A stretch of 64,000 nt of DNA, taken from contig JBEKDT010000017.1 in assembly GCA_050014195.1 (NCBI GenBank), positions 1 through 64,000 of the forward strand. The letters run 5' to 3'. This document shows positions 58,599 through 64,000 of the stretch, in pieces. A model generated the notes under the pieces. The model was not told where the DNA came from. It worked only from the letters and a program-made list of their open reading frames with translations, and ran no database searches. The stretch comes from Desulfomonilia bacterium. Lineage in GTDB: Bacteria; Desulfobacterota; Desulfomonilia; UBA1062. Positions within the stretch are counted from its first letter, which is position 1, and every line of letters starts with the position of its first letter. The translations under genes were made by a program, and so were the position numbers.

Positions 58599-59750
58599 AT
58601 GTACACGAATCCTCAGAAATTGGGAATTATTAAACCACTCAGTCACATGAATGAACTTTTCAAAATCGAGGATATGTGGAGAAATATATATGAAACGGTA
58701 TCTCCTAATTCAATTTTTATTTCTTTTGACTATATTATGCTGTGGTATAATTGCTTTGCTAGGCCCGAGCAGGTGAGGGTCTATCCAGCATATGAAGGTG
58801 ATAAAATTATAGGTTATCTTCCATTAATATTAAATAAAAAAGGGCCATTTCGGTTTCTGTCAAGCCTTACCAATCTACATTGCTTTCACCCTGCTGCACT
58901 AATTGCTGAAGGTTATGAAGAGACATTTTCTAACAGTTGCTTGCACGCAATATTTTCAGATAAATGCGGCTGGGATGTTTTTCAATACCGTAGCGGCTAC
59001 TCCTTCCAATATGGTCTAAGTTTGAGCATACTAAGTCCATTAGCCTATCACTTCAAAGAAATCAAACTACCAACATATTCTATGCTTATACCAGGTTCTT
59101 TTGAAGAATATTTCAATAAGCATCTATCCCCTCAAATGCGTAAAAATGCAAAAAGCTCAAAAAAAAGGCTACAAACAGTTCCCTCATATAGATTTTGCCA
59201 CTATACAGGAGATGATGCTGTTGCATCATGGCCTACGTTTCTATCGATTGAAGATTCTGGGTGGAAGGGAGTAAAAGGTTCATCATTAAAGAAGCTTCCT
59301 CAGAACTATCATTCATATTATGTAGGCCTCATCGATATGTTATCTAAAAATAACCAGTTACACATGTATTTTCTCGAAATCAATGGCCACCCTGTTGCGG
59401 GTACATTCTGTTATGTGGATCAAGATGTGTTTCACGCTTGGAAGGCCGGATACGTAGAAGAATTTTCCTCGCTCTCTCCCTCAACCCTGCTCTTACTTTA
59501 TATCATAGAAGATCTCAATACTAATTTTCCAATGGTGAAACGTCTGCACATGTTTCCTGGTGATTTTGGCTATAAACACCGTTATGTTAACGAAGAATCT
59601 TTTTATTCTGAAGTCGTCTTGTACGATAGAACAATTCTCGGAAGTTCCGCACATATTCTTTCCCCGATAAAACAAAGAGTTGAGCTACTTCCAGGTATGT
59701 CTGCTGCCATTGGGTTTATTAGAAAGCATTTTTTTAGAGATGATGATTAA
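58599..59750 (+). CDS. GNAT family protein, CelD/BcsL type
   Basis: IEDSGWKG, KAGYVEEFSSLSPS and GDFGYK. Confidence 0.82.
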   Translation: MYTNPQKLGIIKPLSHMNELFKIEDMWRNIYETVSPNSIFISFDYIMLWYNCFARPEQVRVYPAYEGDKIIGYLPLILNKKGPFRFLSSLTNLHCFHPAALIAEGYEETFSNSCLHAIFSDKCGWDVFQYRSGYSFQYGLSLSILSPLAYHFKEIKLPTYSMLIPGSFEEYFNKHLSPQMRKNAKSSKKRLQTVPSYRFCHYTGDDAVASWPTFLSIEDSGWKGVKGSSLKKLPQNYHSYYVGLIDMLSKNNQLHMYFLEINGHPVAGTFCYVDQDVFHAWKAGYVEEFSSLSPSTLLLLYIIEDLNTNFPMVKRLHMFPGDFGYKHRYVNEESFYSEVVLYDRTILGSSAHILSPIKQRVELLPGMSAAIGFIRKHFFRDDD

Positions 59751-59970
59751 CCATACAACGCAATGTGTGATTTGAGAAGTGTACCGCTCCTTATCTATTC
59801 CCTGAACTGAGCCCAGGAAAATAGAGACAGACAGAGATCAATCATCGTAATATCCAGTGTGTAAACATTCTGATCCAATTACCCCGAAGGATTTTCCGGT
59901 ATAAAGCGATGCCTGCCTGCCAAGGCTTCGCTTAGGTTATTTCGATTAATGAGAACATCTTGATTTAGGC

Positions 59971-60090
59971 TGTCGGGAATCTTTACAATTCTAAATTTAT
60001 CATCTTTATTTATGAATATCAAACACATATAAGCTATTATACCAACGAATTAATTAAAATTAATTCATAAAATTGTCGAAATACTTTACA
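59971..60090. promoter_or_regulatory. Two PrsR-type PEP-CTERM enhancer boxes
   Basis: tgtcgggaatctttaca 59971-59987 and tgtcgaaatactttaca 60074-60090, upstream of the PEP-CTERM gene. Confidence 0.75.
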
Positions 60091-60155
60091 CAAATACTCC
60101 GATATTTATCTTGTCTGGAGTAATTAAAGCTTGTAAATCAAAGAGATACGTTAAT

Positions 60156-60171
60156 TGGCATTAATATTGTA
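60156..60171 (+). promoter_or_regulatory. Sigma-54 promoter candidate for the PEP-CTERM gene
   Basis: tGGcattaatattGTa has GG-N10-G(T), a GC to GT variant, and lies downstream of the enhancer boxes. Confidence 0.6.
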
Positions 60172-60205
60172 TAACTATCATTAATAAAAATATACAGGAG
60201 GTCAT

Positions 60206-60838
60206 ATGAAAAAAACTTTCATGACAATCGCAGCACTTTTTATTGTGCTCGGATTCACAGCATCAGTAGGAGCAACTACAATTCAAATTGTCGGCAGCTA
60301 TTCGACTCTGGATTCGCTGACCTTCACTCTTCTTGGCCACACCTACCACGACCAGTTGGTGGGTGAGTTTAATCTCCTTATCGATAGCAAGCCGGAAACA
60401 GGATATTGTGTTGACTTGGGTCATCTTTTATATGTTCCCAGCGGACCCTTTAATGTAAACCTTACTAGCGATCTGACCGATGAGGGCGATGTCCCCAACG
60501 GGTATGAAGCAGCATGGTTGTGGAACTATGTGGGTGATGCTCTAGATAAGGACCATAGAGCAGCGTTGCAGTTGGCAATATGGGATGTTGTGTTTGGGCC
60601 GGTTACCGGTATCTCCGAGCCGGCAGTCGCCGCAGAATACAATGCTTACTTAGCAGATCTTGCATTATATAGCTCATTTAATGGTGCAGGGTATGCTATT
60701 GCTGAACTAGGTGACCTACGCACACCATACCAGGATCTGCTGGTAAAAACCCCCGCCCCCGTTCCTGAGCCCATGACACTGTTGCTTCTCGGGTCAGGTC
60801 TTCTCGGACTGGCAGGATTCAGAAGGAAGATGAAATAG
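60206..60838 (+). CDS. PEP-CTERM sorting-domain protein with predicted Cys-Gln thioester domain
   Basis: Signal peptide; YCVD, LQLAIW and YQDLL; C-terminus VPEPMTLLLLGSGLLGLAGFRRKMK. Confidence 0.92.
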   Translation: MKKTFMTIAALFIVLGFTASVGATTIQIVGSYSTLDSLTFTLLGHTYHDQLVGEFNLLIDSKPETGYCVDLGHLLYVPSGPFNVNLTSDLTDEGDVPNGYEAAWLWNYVGDALDKDHRAALQLAIWDVVFGPVTGISEPAVAAEYNAYLADLALYSSFNGAGYAIAELGDLRTPYQDLLVKTPAPVPEPMTLLLLGSGLLGLAGFRRKMK

Positions 60839-60865
60839 TAATACAACATATTGACTGGGTTTCAG

Positions 60866-60900
60866 AGGCAGGGCCATTGAAAGGCCCTGCCTTTTTATTT
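60866..60900 (+). terminator. Rho-independent terminator
   Basis: aggcagggcc / ggccctgcct stem followed by ttttattt. Confidence 0.85.
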
Positions 60901-60938
60901 ATTAGGATATCTTGTTCAAATATTTAAATTTTGATAAC

Positions 60939-60955
60939 TGTCGATATTCTTTACA
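60939..60955. promoter_or_regulatory. Orphan PEP-CTERM box
   Basis: tgtcgatattctttaca. Confidence 0.55.
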
Positions 60956-61046
60956 GTCAGATATATGAGAATCAATCCCATTCATGCTTTTATATGAACT
61001 GTAGATAACTGCGGTGCGCGATATAAATCTCAGATGACACTTTTAG

Positions 61047-61188
61047 GAGACCTTTGTATAACCCTATGTCAGTCATTGCGAGCGTAGCGAAGCAATCCCT
61101 GCATCTTGGCACATTCTAGGTTTGTCGAGATTGCCATGTCGCCTTTGGTTCCTCGCAATGACCGATTAGTAGGCTTTGCAAAGGTTTC
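61047..61188. mobile_element. TIR-bounded MITE enclosing a GTCATTGCGAG-type palindrome
   Basis: gagacctttgtata ... tttgcaaaggtttc; inside is gtcattgcgagcgtagcgaagcaatc ... gattgccatgtcgcctttggttcctcgcaatgac. Confidence 0.72.
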
Positions 61189-61315
61189 AATAGGGAGATG
61201 ACCAACCTGATGTTTTCATCGGGATTGGTCATCATTCTTTATAGGAGCTATTTTAGACGCGATGTGGTGGTGGGGAAGGCCTTGTGCCCGCCCTTTCTTT
61301 ATTGTCACGCCATGA

Positions 61316-61337
61316 TCGCGAATAAATTCGCTCCTAC
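61316..61337 (-). repeat. GTAG-family REP
   Basis: Reverse complement reads gtaggagcgaatttattcgcga. Confidence 0.7.
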
Positions 61338-61396
61338 GGGGTGGTAGGGAATGCCGGGTGTAGATCATAGAATGAAGTCAGTCCCTTGCAGCACGA

Positions 61397-62026
61397 TTAC
61401 TTTTTATATCGCTTCAACAATATGTTTACACTATATTTATTCAAGAAATATACCTTTACTAAAAGTAAGATAGGTTTAGCTCCAAGTTTTTGCTTGAACC
61501 TCATTGCGGATATATTGAAGTATTCGGTTATACTATAGATCTTATAACAACCCATTCCATGGAGATGTTTATAAAACTGAAGTCTAAGATATGGTGCTAT
61601 GCCCCTACCTCGGTACTCCTCTACTGTAAGAGCATTGGACAGATATGCTTCATCATGGTCCAACAGAAAAGGATAAAGGTTTGAATCACACTCCCGTGTA
61701 TTACACCACATATGTGCGATAATACGAGTCCCGCACATAAGGCCAAGGCATAACCACCCTCTTTCCAACCTCTCCAGCAGTATCTCCTCTGTCTCCTTTA
61801 CACCGGGTGTCTCTGATACCTGTTTCATATCTAAAGATCCCAGTAAGAGCAGATTAAATTCATCTGCATTCATCTTAATGCTGATGGCAGAGTGTGTAAG
61901 TGATCCGAGTCCTTCCTCCATCACATAAAAAGGCACTATACGGACCAATGACTTGGATATGTCATAGAGAGATTGTAGTAAAGAATGCTTATTAATAAAT
62001 TCTTTTGTTCTGAATAAAGGGTTCAT
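61397..62026 (-). CDS. GNAT family N-acyltransferase
   Basis: EAYLSNALTVEEYRGRGIAPYLR and NISAMRFKQKLG; start at ATG 62026. Confidence 0.85.
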   Translation of the reverse strand: MNPLFRTKEFINKHSLLQSLYDISKSLVRIVPFYVMEEGLGSLTHSAISIKMNADEFNLLLLGSLDMKQVSETPGVKETEEILLERLERGWLCLGLMCGTRIIAHMWCNTRECDSNLYPFLLDHDEAYLSNALTVEEYRGRGIAPYLRLQFYKHLHGMGCYKIYSITEYFNISAMRFKQKLGAKPILLLVKVYFLNKYSVNILLKRYKK

Positions 62027-62030
62027 AATT

Positions 62031-62864
62031 CTATATCTGAAGGATCTCCCTTGCCTCATGCGGTGAATAAGGGCTGAAGCCCATTGCCTTTGCAATGGTC
62101 ACCACTCGTTTTACCAACGAATAATTCGTAGCAAGCTTACTCCTATCGCTATCGAACCATATATTATCTTCCAACCCCACTCTCACACCACCTCCTGATA
62201 TGATGGAGATTACATTCATCTTGAGCTGGGAATTTCCTATCCCACCTACAGACCAGACAGAATGTTCAGGTAATTCCCTTACCATAAGGCCGAGATGAAG
62301 TATATCTGCTTGAGCACAGGCAATGTTTCCCAGGATCAGGTTAAAATAATATGGAGGTTCAATAAGGTCTTTATTTATTAGGTACTTTGCATAATTAATC
62401 ATGCCAAGGTCAAAGGCTTCAAGTTCTGGCTTAATCCTCTCTTTCATCATCTTCGCCGCAAGGGCTTGAATCATGTCCGGAGTGCTGATGCTTGCCTGCT
62501 TATTAAAATTTAGTGAGCTTAAGGTGAGGCTGGCAAAATCCGGCTTTAGCTCACCTTTAAGATCGAGGCAGTCTGATCTTTGTTCAAATGCATTAAAATC
62601 TCTTCCGCTTGTTGAAACCCCTAAAATCAGATCCTTATTTCTCTGCCGTATCCCATGGATAATTTCTCCATAAATCTCTTTTTTATAAGTTACTCTGCCT
62701 GTTTCGGGGTCCCTTGCATGAAGATGCACCATGCTTGCACCGAGAGTAGCAATATCAAGTACCTCTTGGACGATATCACCTGGGGTTAAAGCAATATGTG
62801 GTGTCATTTCTTTGGTAGGGATCATGCCTGTTGGGGTGAAATTTAATATAAACTTATTTGACAT
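62031..62864 (-). CDS. Beta-keto acid cleavage enzyme (BKACE/DUF849, Kce-like)
   Basis: PTGMIPTKEMTPHI, HLHARD, SLTLSSLNF, PELEAFDLGM and RVGLEDNI. Confidence 0.9.
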   Translation of the reverse strand: MSNKFILNFTPTGMIPTKEMTPHIALTPGDIVQEVLDIATLGASMVHLHARDPETGRVTYKKEIYGEIIHGIRQRNKDLILGVSTSGRDFNAFEQRSDCLDLKGELKPDFASLTLSSLNFNKQASISTPDMIQALAAKMMKERIKPELEAFDLGMINYAKYLINKDLIEPPYYFNLILGNIACAQADILHLGLMVRELPEHSVWSVGGIGNSQLKMNVISIISGGGVRVGLEDNIWFDSDRSKLATNYSLVKRVVTIAKAMGFSPYSPHEAREILQI

Positions 62865-63115
62865 ATGCCACCGCCATCGCAGACAATTCTTTTATTACTA
62901 TCAAGCCAATTGCAAAACTCGCAGTTTGCGATAATATTGCAATAAGCCTGATAACTAATTGAAGATATGAAGACAAAACTCTATTCTTTTTGTGTAGAGC
63001 AAAAAGAAAGGAGTAAAGATGAGCAATCTCTTCGACATCTAGCATACCACATAGGCGATACTTTTTCCATTTTAACAGTAACGGCACACGATATGCTGAT
63101 TGCAATGAAGCATGC

Positions 63116-64000
63116 TTATCCCCTTCCGATGCCGAAATAGGTAAACCCGTGTGAATGCATCTCAGGTGGATTGAGTATGTTTCTCCCGTCAAAGATTACA
63201 GGGCGCTTCAAGAGATCTTTCATGCGCTTGATGTCCGGGCTCTTGAACATGTTCCATTCGGTGATAATGGCCAGGGCATCGGACCCTTCAATGGCTGCGT
63301 AATGGTCATGCGCATATGTGATCCTCTCACCGAGAATCCGTCGTGCATTCTCTTTTCCCTCGGGATCGAAGGCCTTTACTGTTATGCCCTGAGACAAGAG
63401 CGCTTCGATAATATCAAGAGCAGGTGATTCACGCACATCATCGGTCTTGGGCTTGAAGGTGAGGCCCCAGATTGCGATTGTGATCTTGTTGAGATCCTCA
63501 CCATGGAAGAAGTTGATTATCTTCTGGGCAAAGTAGCGCTTCTGCCGCTGGTTTGCACGCCAAGTCGCCTCACAGATCTCTAGGGTATGATCATTGCTCT
63601 TTGCAGTTGCAATAAGGGCCTGAACATCTTTAGGGAAACATGAACCTCCAAACCCAGGCCCGGCAAGGAGGAAACGTGGGCCAATACGATCATCCGTGCC
63701 CATACCCTCCCTTACGAGGTCGATATTCGCACCGAGCTTATCACAGAGGATGGCAAGCTCGTTGATAAAGGATACCTTGGTAGCCAGGAAGCAGTTGGAT
63801 GCGTACTTGGTGAGTTCCGCGCTTCTGATGTCCATTACGATAATGGGATTGTTCGTCGTCTTGATGAAAGGGCTATAGAGCTCCTTGAGGATCTCGGCAG
63901 TGCGGACGTTGTCTGTGCCGATGATCACCCGGTCAGGCCGCATGAAGTCCTGGATGGCATTGCCTTCCTTGAGAAATTCCGGGTTGGACACCATGTCGAA
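63116..64000 (-). CDS. ugd: UDP-glucose/GDP-mannose 6-dehydrogenase, 5' end beyond the window
   Basis: SNPEFLKEG, AELTKYASN, GFGGSCFPKD, FKPKTDDVRESP and FDGRN. Confidence 0.93.
   Translation of the reverse strand, partial: FDMVSNPEFLKEGNAIQDFMRPDRVIIGTDNVRTAEILKELYSPFIKTTNNPIIVMDIRSAELTKYASNCFLATKVSFINELAILCDKLGANIDLVREGMGTDDRIGPRFLLAGPGFGGSCFPKDVQALIATAKSNDHTLEICEATWRANQRQKRYFAQKIINFFHGEDLNKITIAIWGLTFKPKTDDVRESPALDIIEALLSQGITVKAFDPEGKENARRILGERITYAHDHYAAIEGSDALAIITEWNMFKSPDIKRMKDLLKRPVIFDGRNILNPPEMHSHGFTYFGIGRG

Noticed and set aside
62854-63192. 112-aa ORF between ugd and BKACE
   Set aside because: Overlaps both neighbours and has no recognisable motif; probably spurious.
1-64000. tRNA, rRNA, prophage or integrase genes
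   Set aside because: None recognised by eye; a tRNAscan or Rfam run would be needed to exclude small RNAs.

Overview
This window looks like a chromosomal segment from a Desulfobacterota (deltaproteobacterial)-type genome; the taxonomy is inferred from gene content and protein style. From 0.3 to 17.3 kb it holds a VWA-domain surface lipoprotein, a SAM-independent polyamine operon (XRE-cupin regulator, speB, carboxyspermidine dehydrogenase, nspC, speA), an MBL hydrolase, an M48 protease, a livKHMGF transporter and a REP-flanked MntA/HepT toxin-antitoxin pair. From 17.4 kb to the end is a PEP-CTERM/exosortase exopolysaccharide locus. It includes prsR, prsK, a PrsT-like TPR lipoprotein, exosortase plus EpsI, GT2/GT4 glycosyltransferases, Wzx, a Wzy-like protein, wecB and ugd. 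It also carries a large set of acyl/aminoacyl tailoring enzymes: five GNAT/FemAB proteins, two AsnB-like ligases lacking the glutaminase Cys, an opine-synthase-like enzyme, a CapK/PaaK-like ligase and a BKACE. The best candidate for an undescribed system is the PEP-CTERM protein, which carries all three Cys-Gln thioester-domain motifs and sits beside an EPS pathway that appears to install amine or amino-acid substituents. This suggests, by inference only, covalent protein-EPS coupling. The intergenic DNA contains internal-deletion gene scars (pyruvoyl arginine decarboxylase, hepT copy, GT4, two IS110 elements, a group II intron), several families of miniature palindromic elements, PrsR-type enhancer boxes and a perfect 38-bp palindrome. 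No rRNA, tRNA or CRISPR array was seen. All calls come from reading motifs by eye; no database searches were run.
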